A stretch of DNA of 39,896 nucleotides from an uncultured Actinomycetes bacterium (GTDB lineage Bacteria; Actinomycetota; Thermoleophilia; UBA2241), in the NCBI GenBank assembly GCA_963755025.1, contig CAVWIH010000004.1:1-39896 (forward strand), read 5' to 3'. The translations under genes were made by a program, and so were the position numbers. Positions 1-9,757 of the stretch are shown piece by piece; the stretch's first letter is position 1, and each line of letters begins with the position of its first letter. A model generated the notes under the pieces. That model saw only the letters and a program-made list of their open reading frames with translations. It was not told where the DNA came from and made no database searches.

Positions 1-924
1 AGGGCGTCGGGCCGGCGTGCGCCATCGCGAGGAGGATGTCGATGCGCTTCTGGATGGGCGGGTGGGTGTCGAAGAGGCCCGCCGACTCTTTTGTCTTCTT
101 GCCCTTGAGGGGGTTGGCGATGTACAGGTGCGCGGTCGCCCTGGTCGCCACCCGCAGCGAGTGCGGGTCACCGGCGATCTTCTGCAGGGCGTGAGCCAGG
201 CCGAGCGGGTTGCGGGTGGCTCGACCCCCGAGGCGTCGGCCAGGTACTCGCGGTGGCGCGAGATCGCCATCTGCACCATGAGGGCGAAGAACGGCGCCAG
301 GATGGCGAGCAGAATGGCAATCAGAAAGATGACCACCCCGAGGCCGCCGTTGTTGTTGCTGCTGCGCCGCCCGCCGAACCCGAAGAGCGTGGAGCGCAGG
401 AAGAAGTCGGAGACCAGCGCGATCATGCCGACCAGCACGCCGACCAGGGTGGCGAAGCGGATGTCGAAGTTGCGCACGTGCGACATCTCGTGGGCGATCA
501 CGCCCTGGAGCTCGTCGCGGCTCATCATCTGCAACAGGCCGGCGGTGACCGCCACCGCGGCGTGCTGCGGGTCGCGGCCGGTGGCGAAGGCGTTGGGTGC
601 GGGGTCGTTGATGACGTACACGGCCGGCATGGGGATGCCGCCCGCGATCGACATCTCCTCGACGACGTTCCACAGGACCGGCGCCTGGTCGCGAGTCACG
701 CGTTGTGCGTGGCTCGCGGCCAGCACGATGCCGGCGCCCCCGTAGTAGCCGATCAGGCTCCACACGATGGCCACGATGCCGAACACGCCGAGCAGGCCAA
801 TGCCCGCAGTGGAGGAGCCCCAATAGGCGAATCCGATGGCGAATCCGAGTGTGAGCAGCACGGCGATGATGATCGCGACGAGCAGTACCGAGTCGCGCTT
901 GTTACGGGCGATCTGGTCGTACAT
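1..924 (-). CDS. htpX: M48 family zinc metalloprotease HtpX (3' end runs off the window; 1-nt frameshift near 219)
   Basis: Manual minus-strand translation from ATG at 924: MYDQIARNKRDS...PNAFATGRDPQHAAVAVTAGLL...GVIAHEMSH (HExxH)...REYLADASG..NPLGLAHALQKI...THPPIQKRI. Lies directly downstream of lemA. Confidence 0.93.
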   Translation of the reverse strand, partial: MYDQIARNKRDSVLLVAIIIAVLLTLGFAIGFAYWGSSTAGIGLLGVFGIVAIVWSLIGYYGGAGIVLAASHAQRVTRDQAPVLWNVVEEMSIAGGIPMPAVYVINDPAPNAFATGRDPQHAAVAVTAGLLQMMSRDELQGVIAHEMSHVRNFDIRFATLVGVLVGMIALVSDFFLRSTLFGFGGRRSSNNNGGLGVVIFLIAILLAILAPFFALMVQMAISRHREYLADASGVEPPATRSAWLTPCRRSPVTRTRCGWRPGRPRTCTSPTPSRARRQKSRRASSTPTRPSRSASTSSSRWRTPARRP

Positions 925-942
925 CGGGGCCTGGTCCTTCGC

Positions 943-1608
943 TTACTGCGCCGGCTGCTGGGGCGGAGCGGGCGGCTGCGCCGGCGGCGTCGGGGGCTGC
1001 TGGGCCTGTGCGGGTGCGGCGGGCGCCTGCATCTGGACCTGCGGGGCCATGCCCAGGTCGACCTGCGGCACCTCGTGGTCGGCGGCGTCGCCCTCGAAGA
1101 ACTGACGCGGGGCGAAGTTGAACATGCCGGCGATGGTGTTGCTCGGGAACTGCTGGATCTTGGTGTTATAGGCCATGACGCTGTCGTTGTAGAACTGGCG
1201 CGCGAACGAGATCTTGTTCTCGGTCGTGGTGAGCTCCTCTTGCAGCGACATCACGTTCTGGTTGGCCTTGAGATCGGGGTAGTTCTCGACCACGGCGAAC
1301 AGCGAGCGCAGCGACTGGGTGAGGGTGTTCTCGGCCGCGGCCTGGGCGGCGGGACCCTGGGCGCCGGCGGCGACGGCGGCGGCGCGCGCGTTGGTGACCT
1401 TGGTCAGCGTGTCCTGCTCGAACTGCATGTAGCCCTTGACCGACGAGACCAGGTTGGGGATCAGGTCGTGCCGCCGCTTGAGCTGCACGTCGATCTGGCT
1501 CCAGGCGTTGTCGACTTGGTTGCGGCGACGCACGATGCCGTTGAAGGTCGACCACAGCAGGAGGGCCACCACCACTACGATGACGATCACCACGATGAGT
1601 GCAATCAC
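943..1608 (-). CDS. lemA: LemA family protein with Q/P/A-rich C-terminal tail
   Basis: N-terminal TM helix, AWSQIDVQLKRRHDLIPNL, ENYPDLKANQN and ENKISFARQFYN motifs; AAGGAG RBS. Confidence 0.95.
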   Translation of the reverse strand: MIALIVVIVIVVVVALLLWSTFNGIVRRRNQVDNAWSQIDVQLKRRHDLIPNLVSSVKGYMQFEQDTLTKVTNARAAAVAAGAQGPAAQAAAENTLTQSLRSLFAVVENYPDLKANQNVMSLQEELTTTENKISFARQFYNDSVMAYNTKIQQFPSNTIAGMFNFAPRQFFEGDAADHEVPQVDLGMAPQVQMQAPAAPAQAQQPPTPPAQPPAPPQQPAQ

Positions 1609-1650
1609 AGCGTCTGCTCCTTTGGTGTTTTATCCCTGCGCAGTATTGTC

Positions 1651-1656
1651 ATTGTA
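1651..1656 (-). promoter_or_regulatory. Putative -10 element (TACAAT) for lemA-htpX
   Basis: TACAAT on the minus strand in an AT-rich patch ~43 nt upstream of the lemA start. Confidence 0.45.
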
Positions 1657-1732
1657 CGTCAGGACGATGAGTGTCGGGGGCGGCGGCGCCGCCGGCGCCC
1701 ACGCACAGGAGAGCTTGCCCGCGCGGGGAGGA

Positions 1733-1741
1733 TGCTATGCT
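1733..1741 (+). promoter_or_regulatory. Putative extended -10 (TGcTATGCT) for the L,D-transpeptidase
   Basis: TGn-TATGCT ~55 nt upstream of the ATG at 1796. Confidence 0.4.
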
Positions 1742-1795
1742 GGCCGGCATGGAGCCTGAAGGCAGGAGCGCGCAAACCACGCACGAGGCGCGGCC

Positions 1796-2581
1796 ATGAA
1801 GCGCGCCTGGGTGAAGGCGGCGGCCGTGGTCGTGGCGCTCGTCGTGCTGGCCGGCGCCGGCTACGCCGTCGTACACGGCCGTACCGGCGACGGCGGCACG
1901 GGTCAGCCGGCGCCGGCTCCGTCGGCCACGCCGACCGTCGCGAGCGCGGCGACGACGACCCCCGCGCCCACGCCGCGCTGGCAGGTCGCCAAGGCCGTCG
2001 GCGCGGTCGTCGCCTACAGCGCGCCCAGCACGAGCGCCACCGTGCGCCAGCGCTTCGCGCGCCTCAATGTGAACGGCTACCCGACGGTGTTCCTGGTGCG
2101 CGGCGCGCGCCAGGTCGGCGCCGCCACCTGGTACGACGTCTGGCTGCCGATCCACCCCAACGAGAGTCACGGCTGGATCAAAGAGGGCGGCGTCGCGATC
2201 TACACGACGACCGCCAAGATCGTCATCCGCCTCGGGGAGCGCCGCCTGATCGTCTACAAGAACGGCGCGCTCGCGGGCAGCTATCCGGTCGCCGTGGGCA
2301 CCGCGCAGCTCCCGACCCCGACGGGCATCTACTACGTCAATCAGAAGCTGCGGCCCGCGACGCCGGGGGGGCCGTACGGCGTCCTTGCCCTGGGGATCAG
2401 CGCGTTCCAGCCGCGCCTGCCGGACTGGCCACAGGGCGGGCCCGTCGCCATTCACGGCACCAACGAAGACGCCCTCATCGGCAAGGCCGTGAGCCACGGG
2501 TGCGTGCGCATGCACAACGCCGACGTGCTCAAGGTCAGCGCCCTGGTGCCGACCGGCAGCCCGGTGGTCATCGTGAAGTAG
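1796..2581 (+). CDS. Membrane-anchored L,D-transpeptidase (YkuD family)
   Basis: N-terminal TM segment, P/T/A linker, YPVAVG..PTPTG and the catalytic IHGT...SHGCVRM motif. Confidence 0.9.
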   Translation: MKRAWVKAAAVVVALVVLAGAGYAVVHGRTGDGGTGQPAPAPSATPTVASAATTTPAPTPRWQVAKAVGAVVAYSAPSTSATVRQRFARLNVNGYPTVFLVRGARQVGAATWYDVWLPIHPNESHGWIKEGGVAIYTTTAKIVIRLGERRLIVYKNGALAGSYPVAVGTAQLPTPTGIYYVNQKLRPATPGGPYGVLALGISAFQPRLPDWPQGGPVAIHGTNEDALIGKAVSHGCVRMHNADVLKVSALVPTGSPVVIVK

Positions 2582-2635
2582 GTGGGGGAGACCGCCGCGG
2601 GGCGGTCGGCCGGGCGCAGGCGCGCCGCGGGGGTC

Positions 2636-2923
2636 TTACCAGTACTCGCCGCCCTGAATGAGCTGCATGTCCTTGGCCTTGCACTTGGGGCAGGTGTACG
2701 ACTGCGCCTTCTCCAGAAAGAACAGCTGGCTGTCGCACGTCGAGCAGTGGAACTCGTCGACCATGATGTCGGCGCCGGTGAGGTCGACCGAGGTGATCTC
2801 CTTGCAGTTCACGCAGACGGCCGGCATGAACCGCTTGCGCGGATCGTTGGCGCTGACGCCCCATTGGACGTTGTCGGCCGTATACCCGCACTCGCGACAG
2901 ACGAAGGTGGTGTACTCTCCCAT
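2636..2923 (-). CDS. Small hypothetical zinc-ribbon protein (4 x CxxC, ~95 aa)
   Basis: CREC, CVNC, CSTC and CPKC in MGEYTTF...GGEYW; GC-biased codon usage. The start could alternatively be GTG at 2965. Confidence 0.75.
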   Translation of the reverse strand: MGEYTTFVCRECGYTADNVQWGVSANDPRKRFMPAVCVNCKEITSVDLTGADIMVDEFHCSTCDSQLFFLEKAQSYTCPKCKAKDMQLIQGGEYW

Positions 2924-2978
2924 GCCGGAAGCCCTCTTTTCGGAAGTCGATGGTTCTCGCCACACGTGCCCGGCCTAG

Positions 2979-3006
2979 GTATCGGCAGTATCGTCCGAGC
3001 TATTGA
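2979..3006 (-). promoter_or_regulatory. Putative sigma28 (FliA/WhiG)-type promoter
   Basis: Minus strand reads TCAA-N16-GCCGATAC, versus the consensus TAAA-N15/16-GCCGATAA. Confidence 0.45.
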
Positions 3007-3035
3007 GGGCAGGCACGGACCGAAAGCCCGGGTCT

Positions 3036-3067
3036 TTGATTAGTCTTCGAGGCCGGTGGTATATACT
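3036..3067 (+). promoter_or_regulatory. Putative housekeeping promoter of the rimP-nusA-infB operon
   Basis: TTGATT (3036-3041) and TGG-TATATACT (extended -10, ~3057-3067). Confidence 0.5.
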
Positions 3068-3110
3068 TACGCGGACAAACACGGACAATCAGGAGGCGAA
3101 GGCTTTCGAG

Positions 3111-3142
3111 AAGTGGGTGCGCGAGTCGCCCACTTTTGTTTT
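3111..3142 (+). promoter_or_regulatory. rimP leader hairpin / attenuator-like terminator
   Basis: AAGTGGG(3111-3117)/CCCACTT(3129-3135) stem followed by TTGTTTT, just upstream of rimP. Resembles the widely conserved rimP-leader GTGGG/CCCAC hairpin. Confidence 0.7.
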
Positions 3143-3148
3143 GTGGAG

Positions 3149-3610
3149 ATGAGTGAGCGCGACCGTGAGCTAGTGACCGAGATCGAGACGACCCTCGCGG
3201 GGCAGTTCCCCGAGCTCGAGGTCGTCGACGTCGACGTACAGGGTGGCCGCGGTGCGCGTCTGACGGTCTATGTCGATCATCCCCAGGGCGTCGACCTTGC
3301 CTTGTGCGAGGCCGTGGCGCATGCCCTCGACGATCTGCGTAGCCGCTATGCGCTCGATGTCTCGTCGCCTGGTCTCGACCGACCGCTGCGCACGCCCGCT
3401 CACTTCGAGCGCGCCAGGGGCGCGAGAGTGTATGTGAAGACCGAACCCCGCCTCGCAGGGCGAGCGGTCTTCAGGGGCCGGCTCACGCAAGCCGGTCCTA
3501 CCGTCGTCACGCTGACGCTCGATGAGGGCGCGGCGGTCGATATCCCGTTCCAAACGATTGCGAAGGCCCACGTGATCTTCGAATTCGACGACAACGGAGG
3601 GCACCAGTGA
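3149..3610 (+). CDS. rimP: Ribosome maturation factor RimP
   Basis: LTVYVDHPQGVDLALCE and YALDVSSPGLDRPL motifs; first gene of the nusA operon. Confidence 0.93.
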   Translation: MSERDRELVTEIETTLAGQFPELEVVDVDVQGGRGARLTVYVDHPQGVDLALCEAVAHALDDLRSRYALDVSSPGLDRPLRTPAHFERARGARVYVKTEPRLAGRAVFRGRLTQAGPTVVTLTLDEGAAVDIPFQTIAKAHVIFEFDDNGGHQ

Positions 3611-4827
3611 GTAGAGAGATCATCGAAGCTCTACGACAGATCGAAAAGGAGAAGGGCATCAGCGCCGAGACGCTGCTGAGCGCGCTCGAAGACGCGTTGC
3701 ACTCCGCCTACCGCAAGACCCCCGATGCCGTCGAGACGGCCAAAGTCGAGATCGATCCCGAGACAGGCGATATCCGCGTCTTTCAGCTGATCTTTCCGGA
3801 GGACGTCGACGTCGAGGCGCTCAAAGTGCGCAACGAAGAAGGCGAAGAGATCGGCATCGACCTGTCCACGGTCGACGAGACCGCCATCGAGCGCCACGAA
3901 GTGACGCCCGACAACTTCGGGCGCATCGCCGCCCAGACGGCCAAGCAGGTCATCCTGCAGCGCATTCGCGAGGCCGAGCGCGACCTCATGTTCGAGGAGT
4001 ACGTCGACCGCGTGGGCGACATCGTGACCGGCATCGTGCAGCAGAGCGACCAGCGCTACACGCTCGTCGACCTCGGCCGCGTCGAAGCCCTGCTGCCCAA
4101 GAGCGAGCAGATCGACAGCGAACGCTACGAGCACGGCGCGCGCGTCAAGGCGATCATCATCAAGGTGCAGAACTCGACCAAGGGCCCGCAGGTCATCCTC
4201 TCGCGGCGCTCCGACGACCTCGTGCGCCGCCTGTTCGAGCTCGAGGTCCCCGAGATCTCCGACGGACTGGTCGAGATCAAGAACGTCGCCCGCGAGCCCG
4301 GGTTCCGCTGCAAGATCGCGGTGATCAGCCACACCGACGGGGTCGACCCCGTCGGCGCCTGCGTCGGGCCCCGCGGCTCGCGCGTGCGCATGGTGGTCAG
4401 CGAGCTGCGCGGCGAGCGCATCGACATCGTGCCCTACAACGACGAGCCGGCGCGCTTCGTCGCCAAGGCCCTGTCGCCGGCGCGCGTGCGCGAGGTCCTG
4501 GTCGACGACGAAGGCCGCTCGGCCACCATCATCGTGCCCGACGACCAGCTGTCGCTGGCCATCGGCAAAGAGGGCCAGAACGCCCGCCTGGCCAGCAAAC
4601 TGACCGGTTGGCGCATCGACATCAAAAGCCAGAGCGAGATGGCCGACAACGAAAGCGAGCTCACCTACGCCGAAGACGGCGACGACGTGAGCGGCCACTG
4701 CGTGGCCGTCATGTCGAACGGCAAGCGCTGCCCCAACATGGCGCTGCCCGGCAGCCGCTACTGCGGCATCCCGGCGCACCAGAAGCTCGCCGAAGCCGAG
4801 ACCGGCGGAGCGGTGGCGGCGGAGTGA
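3607..4827 (+). CDS. nusA: Transcription termination/antitermination factor NusA with a C-terminal Cys/His extension
   Basis: [14 protein letters not shown]1 domain, KH motifs [14 protein letters not shown] and [14 protein letters not shown]. Confidence 0.98.
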   Translation: MSREIIEALRQIEKEKGISAETLLSALEDALHSAYRKTPDAVETAKVEIDPETGDIRVFQLIFPEDVDVEALKVRNEEGEEIGIDLSTVDETAIERHEVTPDNFGRIAAQTAKQVILQRIREAERDLMFEEYVDRVGDIVTGIVQQSDQRYTLVDLGRVEALLPKSEQIDSERYEHGARVKAIIIKVQNSTKGPQVILSRRSDDLVRRLFELEVPEISDGLVEIKNVAREPGFRCKIAVISHTDGVDPVGACVGPRGSRVRMVVSELRGERIDIVPYNDEPARFVAKALSPARVREVLVDDEGRSATIIVPDDQLSLAIGKEGQNARLASKLTGWRIDIKSQSEMADNESELTYAEDGDDVSGHCVAVMSNGKRCPNMALPGSRYCGIPAHQKLAEAETGGAVAAE

Positions 4828-5111
4828 CGGTGGCGCCCGAGAGCAGCATGCCGCGGCGCACCTGCGTCGGCTGCCGACGCGTCGCCGACGCCGAAGCCCT
4901 GGTGCGGCTCACCCTGCACGACGGGCACGTCGTGCTGGCCGCCACGCACCCCACGGGGCGCGGCGCCTGGCTGTGCCCGCAACCCGACTGTTTAGAGCAG
5001 GCGACACGCCGCCGCGCGCTTGAGCGCGCCCTCCGTGCCCGCGTGCCCATCGACGACGATCTGCGCAGGCGCTTCACCAGCGTCTGCGAGCAGCGAAAGG
5101 CGGTGATGTGA
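4824..5111 (+). CDS. ylxR: YlxR (DUF448/RnpM) family RNA-binding protein
   Basis: PRRTCVGCR...GRGAWLCPQPDC motifs; GTGA overlap with the nusA stop. Confidence 0.88.
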   Translation: MTVAPESSMPRRTCVGCRRVADAEALVRLTLHDGHVVLAATHPTGRGAWLCPQPDCLEQATRRRALERALRARVPIDDDLRRRFTSVCEQRKAVM

Positions 5112-7193
5112 GTGGCCCGCATGAAACCTGTCGCTGAGGTCGCCCGCGAGCGGAATACGACCATCGAAGACGTACTCGTCCACCTCAAGCGAGCCGGTAT
5201 GGAGCTCGCCGACGGCCAGACCGAGGTCGACGAGGACATCGTCGACAAGGCTTTCGCCACCACCTCGAGCGGTCCCCGCCGGGCGCGTCCCGGCGGCGCC
5301 GGCAACCGCCGCCGCCGCGTCGTGATCGACGCCCAGGCGTCGCGCCGCGGCCCGGGGCCGTCCAACGACCGCCGCGGTCGTCGCGACCGCCATCAGGGCG
5401 GCGACCGCGCCGAAGCCGCGCTCGTGGTGCCCGCCGAGGGCCAGAAGGTCAAAGTGCCCTCGGGTTCGAGCGTCAAAGACGTCTCGCAGCTCATCGGCGT
5501 CTCGACCGCCGAGATCATCAAGACCATGATGGGCTACGGCGAGATGGCGACCATCACCCAGCCGCTCTCCGACGAGGCCATCTCCATCCTCGCCGACGAC
5601 TTCAAGCGCACGGTCGAGATCACCCACGCCGCCGACGAAGAGGTCGAGCTCGAAGAGGTCGTCGAAGACAAGCCTGAAGACCTGAAGCGCCGCCCGCCGG
5701 TGATCGCCGTCATGGGTCACGTCGACCACGGCAAGACGAGCCTGCTCGACGCCATCCGCGAGACCGAGGTGGCCGCCGGCGAGGCCGGCGGCATCACCCA
5801 GCACATCGGCGCCTACCAGGTGAAGCACGACGGCAAGAGCATCACCTTCCTGGACACGCCGGGCCACGAAGCCTTTACCGCCATGCGCGCCCGCGGCGCC
5901 AAGGTCACCGACATCGCGGCCATCGTGGTGGCCGCCGACGACGGCGTCATGCCGCAGACCGTCGAGGCCATCGACCACGCTAAGGCGGCGGCCGTGCCCA
6001 TGGTCATCGTCATCAACAAGATCGACAAGCCCGACGCCAACATCGAGAAGATCAAGCAGCAGCTCACCGAGTTCAGCATCGTGCCCGAGGAGTGGGGCGG
6101 CGACACGGTCTTCGTCGAAGCCAGCGCCAAAAAGCGCATCGGGCTCGACAACTTCCTCGACATGCTGCAGCTGGTCGCCGACGTCCAGGACCTCAAGGCC
6201 AACCCCGACGCGCCGGCCAGCGGCGTCATCATCGAGGCCAAGGTCGACGTCGGCCGCGGCGTGGTCGTGACCATGCTGGTCGAGCGCGGCACCATCCACG
6301 TGGGCGACGCCATCGTCGCCGGCGAGGCCAGCGGCCGCGTGCGCGCCATGCACGACTTCCGCGGCAGGCCCATCACCGAGGCCGGCCCGTCGGTGCCCGT
6401 CGAGATCATCGGCTTCGACTCGGTGCCCGACGCCGGCGAGTTCTGCCGCGTCGTCAAAGACGAAAAGGCGGCCCGCGTGCTCGCCAACCGCCGTACCAAC
6501 CGGCTGCGCGCCGAGGGCCTCGCCAAGCAGCACGCCCTCACGCTCGACGACCTCTACGCACGCATCGCCGAAGGCGAGGTCGGCGAGCTCAATCTGGTCA
6601 TCAAGGCCGACGTGCAGGGCAGCATCGAGGCGCTGGCCGACGCCCTCGGGCAGATCAGCCACGACGAGGTCAAGGTCAACATCATCCACTCCGGCGTCGG
6701 CGGCATCAACGAGTCCGACGTCATGCTGGCGACCGCCTCAAAGGCCATCATCATCGGCTTCAACGTGCGGCCCAACGCGCCGGCGACGGCGCTGGCCGAG
6801 ACCGAAGGCGTCGACATCCGCACCTACCGCGTGATCTACAAGGTGACCGAAGACGTACAGGCTGCGCTCGTCGGGCTGCTCAAGCCCGACGTCGTCGAAG
6901 AGGTGCTCGGCCAGGCCGAGGTGCGCCAGCTCTTCAAGGTCTCGCGGCTGGGCACCATCGCGGGCTGCTACGTGACCCGCGGCAAGATCACCCGTTCGGC
7001 GAGCATCCGCGTGCTGCGCGACGGCATCGTCGTCCACGACGGCCGGCTCGCGTCGCTCAAGCGCTTCAACGAAGACACGCGCGAGGCGGCCGAGGGGTTC
7101 GAATGCGGCATCCTGCTCGACGGCTTCAACGACCTCAAAGAAGGGGACACGCTGGAGGCGTACGAGACGAAGGAAGTCGCCCGTGGCGGGTGA
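5112..7193 (+). CDS. infB: Translation initiation factor IF-2
   Basis: [49 protein letters not shown]. Confidence 0.99.
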   Translation: MARMKPVAEVARERNTTIEDVLVHLKRAGMELADGQTEVDEDIVDKAFATTSSGPRRARPGGAGNRRRRVVIDAQASRRGPGPSNDRRGRRDRHQGGDRAEAALVVPAEGQKVKVPSGSSVKDVSQLIGVSTAEIIKTMMGYGEMATITQPLSDEAISILADDFKRTVEITHAADEEVELEEVVEDKPEDLKRRPPVIAVMGHVDHGKTSLLDAIRETEVAAGEAGGITQHIGAYQVKHDGKSITFLDTPGHEAFTAMRARGAKVTDIAAIVVAADDGVMPQTVEAIDHAKAAAVPMVIVINKIDKPDANIEKIKQQLTEFSIVPEEWGGDTVFVEASAKKRIGLDNFLDMLQLVADVQDLKANPDAPASGVIIEAKVDVGRGVVVTMLVERGTIHVGDAIVAGEASGRVRAMHDFRGRPITEAGPSVPVEIIGFDSVPDAGEFCRVVKDEKAARVLANRRTNRLRAEGLAKQHALTLDDLYARIAEGEVGELNLVIKADVQGSIEALADALGQISHDEVKVNIIHSGVGGINESDVMLATASKAIIIGFNVRPNAPATALAETEGVDIRTYRVIYKVTEDVQAALVGLLKPDVVEEVLGQAEVRQLFKVSRLGTIAGCYVTRGKITRSASIRVLRDGIVVHDGRLASLKRFNEDTREAAEGFECGILLDGFNDLKEGDTLEAYETKEVARGG

Positions 7194-7506
7194 CGCGCAC
7201 GTCGGCGTGCTGCACGCCGAGCTCCATTTTCCGGCAAACCGCTCGCTAAAAGACAAACGGCAACCGCTCACCAGCCTGCGCGACACGCTGCAGCGGCGCT
7301 ACCGGGCGTCGTTTGCCGAGGTGGGCGGTCAAGACAGCTGGCAGCGGTCCGAGGTGCTCGTGGTTCTCGCGGCGTCCTCGGGCCGTCAGGCGAGCGAACG
7401 CATCGACGAGATCGACCGCTACCTTCACGGGCGCGACTTCGAGGTCTCACGCGTGTTCATCAAGTCGGTCGACGCAGTAGAGGATCTGTGGGACTCAGGC
7501 TCCTGA
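7183..7506 (+). CDS. DUF503 (YlxP) family protein
   Basis: SLKDKRQ...AEVGGQDSWQR motif; typical infB-DUF503-rbfA synteny. Confidence 0.85.
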   Translation: MAGDAHVGVLHAELHFPANRSLKDKRQPLTSLRDTLQRRYRASFAEVGGQDSWQRSEVLVVLAASSGRQASERIDEIDRYLHGRDFEVSRVFIKSVDAVEDLWDSGS

Positions 7507-7922
7507 AGGTAAACGAAGCCCTGCGCGAGGTGCTCTCGCAGGAGATCGCCGCACTCAAAGACCCCCGCATCGGTTTTGTGACCGTGACCGGCGTCGAGGT
7601 GTCGGCCGACCTGCGCCACGCCAAGGTCTTCGTCAGCGTGCTGGGCAACGCCAAGGCCCGCGAGCGCACGCTGGCCGGCCTGCGCGCCGCCCACGGCCAC
7701 CTGCAGCAGCGCATCGGCGCCGACGTGCGCACCAAGCGCACGCCGCAACTGCTGTTCCTCTACGACGAATCCGTCGACCGCGGCCAGCGCATCGAGACCC
7801 TGCTCAAACGCTACGAAGGCGAGCTCGGCCCCGAGGACGACGAGACCGAAGGCACCTCCGACGACTTCGCCGCCGGCGACGACACCACCGACGCCGCGGC
7901 CGACGAGCCGCGAGAGCCATGA
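7488..7922 (+). CDS. rbfA: 30S ribosome-binding factor A
   Basis: LKDPRIGFVTVTGVEVSADLRHAKVFVS...RTPQLLFLYDES. Confidence 0.95.
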   Translation: MGLRLLKVNEALREVLSQEIAALKDPRIGFVTVTGVEVSADLRHAKVFVSVLGNAKARERTLAGLRAAHGHLQQRIGADVRTKRTPQLLFLYDESVDRGQRIETLLKRYEGELGPEDDETEGTSDDFAAGDDTTDAAADEPREP

Positions 7923-8894
7923 CGATCGTCGCCCCAGAGCTTGCGGCCGTGTGCGCCGCCATGCGCGGCGAGTCGCAGGTGGCGGTCGCCGTGCACGAAA
8001 GCCCCGACGGCGACGCCGTGGGAGCCGCCGCCGGCATGCTCGACCTGTTCGCGCAGCTCGGCGTCGAGGCGGCGCTCTACGTCGACCCCGGCGTGGAGCT
8101 GCCGCTGGCCGACGAGTTCCTGCCGGCCGAGCGGGTCGTGGTGGGCGCGCCGCCCGAAGCCGCGACGCTCTACGCGCTCGACTGCGGCTCGCGCGAGCGG
8201 CTGGCCCTGACCCTCGGCGAGCGCCGCGGGCGCACGATCGACATCGACCACCACCACGACAACACGCGCTTCGGCGACCTCAATCTGGTCGATCGGCGAC
8301 GCCAGCAGCACCTCCGAGCTCGTCTGCGACCTGGCCGAGCGGCTGGGCCTGCGCTTCTCGCCGCGCGCCGCGGCGGCCCTCTACGCCGGCATCTCGTTCG
8401 ACACCGGGCACTTTCAGCATTCGAGCACCTCGGCCTCCACCTTTGCCTGCTGCGCGCGGCTCGTGGCCGACGGCGCCGACCCCAACCGCCTCTACAGGCT
8501 GCTCTACGAGACGCGCACGCTGGCCTCGCTGCGCCTGTGGGCGCGCGCCATCACCGCCGCGCAGGCCGCGGCCGGCGGCCGCGCCCTGCTGGCGCCGCTC
8601 ACCACCGCCGACTTCGCGGCGACCGGCGCCCGCGACGACGACACCGAAGGCATCGTCGAAGCCCTGCGCAGCGTGCCGGGGGTCGAGGTCGCCGCCCTGC
8701 TGCGGCCGCGCGGCGCCCACAAGGTGCGGGTGAGCCTGCGCTCCGAGGGCTTCGACGTGAGCGCGGTCGCCGGTCTCAAGGGTGGCGGCGGCCATCGCCA
8801 GGCGTCGGGCTTCACCGCCGACGGCACAGTCGAGGAGGTGACCCAGTGGCTCAGTACCGTACTCGACGAGCGCCTCTCGACGGCGTCCTCCTGA
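7919..8894 (+). CDS. nrnA: DHH family phosphoesterase / nanoRNase NrnA-like (frameshift near 8295)
   Basis: HESPDGDAVG and IDHH in the first frame; SSTSELV...DTGHF, RVSLRS and GGGHRQASG in the shifted frame. Confidence 0.85.
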
Positions 8895-9757
8895 TCGACA
8901 AGCCCGACGGCTGCACGTCGCACGACGTCGTGGCGCGGGTGCGCCGCGCGCTGCGCCCCGCGGTCAAGAAGGTGGGTCACGCCGGCACGCTCGACCCGTT
9001 CGCTACCGGCCTGCTCATCGTGCTCGTCGGCAGGGCGACCAAGCTGGCGCGCTTCTTCGTCGACCTGCCCAAGGAGTACGTCTGCACGCTGCAGTTCGGC
9101 TGGACCTCCGACACCGGCGATCGCACTGGCGAGCTCGCCGCTACCGGCCACTCGACGAGCCTCGACGAGCTCTCGGCCGCGCTGCCCCGGTTCCTGGGGC
9201 GCATCGACCAGAAGGTGCCGATGACCTCGGCCGTCAAGGTCGACGGCGAGCGCCTCTACCGCAAGGCCCATCGCGGCGAGGTCGTCGACACGCCCACGCG
9301 CGAGATCGAGATCACCGCCATCGACGTGCTCGACTTCGACCCGACGGCGCTCACGTCGACCTGCCGCGTGCTCTGTTCCAAGGGCACCTACGTGCGGCAG
9401 CTCGCCACCGACATCGGCAGCGTCCTGGGCGCGGGGGCCTACGTCGCCAGCCTCGCGCGGGCGGGCACCGGCCCGTTCCGCTTGGAAGACACGCAGACGC
9501 TCGCCGAGTTCGAAGAGGCCGTCGGTGCGCGCGAGCCCGACGACGAGCACATCCCGGGGCTCGTCTCGCCGGCCGAGGCGCTGCAGTTCATGCCGGCGGT
9601 CACGCTGACCGCGGCCCAGGTGGTCGCCGTGCGCAACGGCGCCCGGCTGCCCAGCGGGCCGCCGCACCCGGTGCGCCTGCTGTTCCGCGGCGAGCTCGTG
9701 GCGATCTACGGCCCGCTCGACGAAGGATCCGGGCTGCGACCGCTCGTGATGCTCTGA
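8846..9757 (+). CDS. truB: tRNA pseudouridine(55) synthase
   Basis: GVLLIDKPDGCTSHDVV, KVGHAGTLDPFATG, CSKGTYVR; GAGGAGG RBS before GTG 8846. Confidence 0.96.
   Translation: MAQYRTRRAPLDGVLLIDKPDGCTSHDVVARVRRALRPAVKKVGHAGTLDPFATGLLIVLVGRATKLARFFVDLPKEYVCTLQFGWTSDTGDRTGELAATGHSTSLDELSAALPRFLGRIDQKVPMTSAVKVDGERLYRKAHRGEVVDTPTREIEITAIDVLDFDPTALTSTCRVLCSKGTYVRQLATDIGSVLGAGAYVASLARAGTGPFRLEDTQTLAEFEEAVGAREPDDEHIPGLVSPAEALQFMPAVTLTAAQVVAVRNGARLPSGPPHPVRLLFRGELVAIYGPLDEGSGLRPLVML

Noticed and set aside
253-2661. 802-aa plus-strand ORF and the many other long overlapping ORFs (e.g. 16204-18327, 18095-20260, 19525-22092, 29573-31660)
   Set aside because: Shadow ORFs of high-GC genes: Arg/Gly/Ala-rich or antisense-in-register translations that overlap well-supported genes.
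7919-9757. Apparent DHH-TruB fusion (612 aa)
   Set aside because: Created by the frameshift near 8295. truB has its own RBS and GTG at 8846, and the DHH C-terminus lies in another frame.
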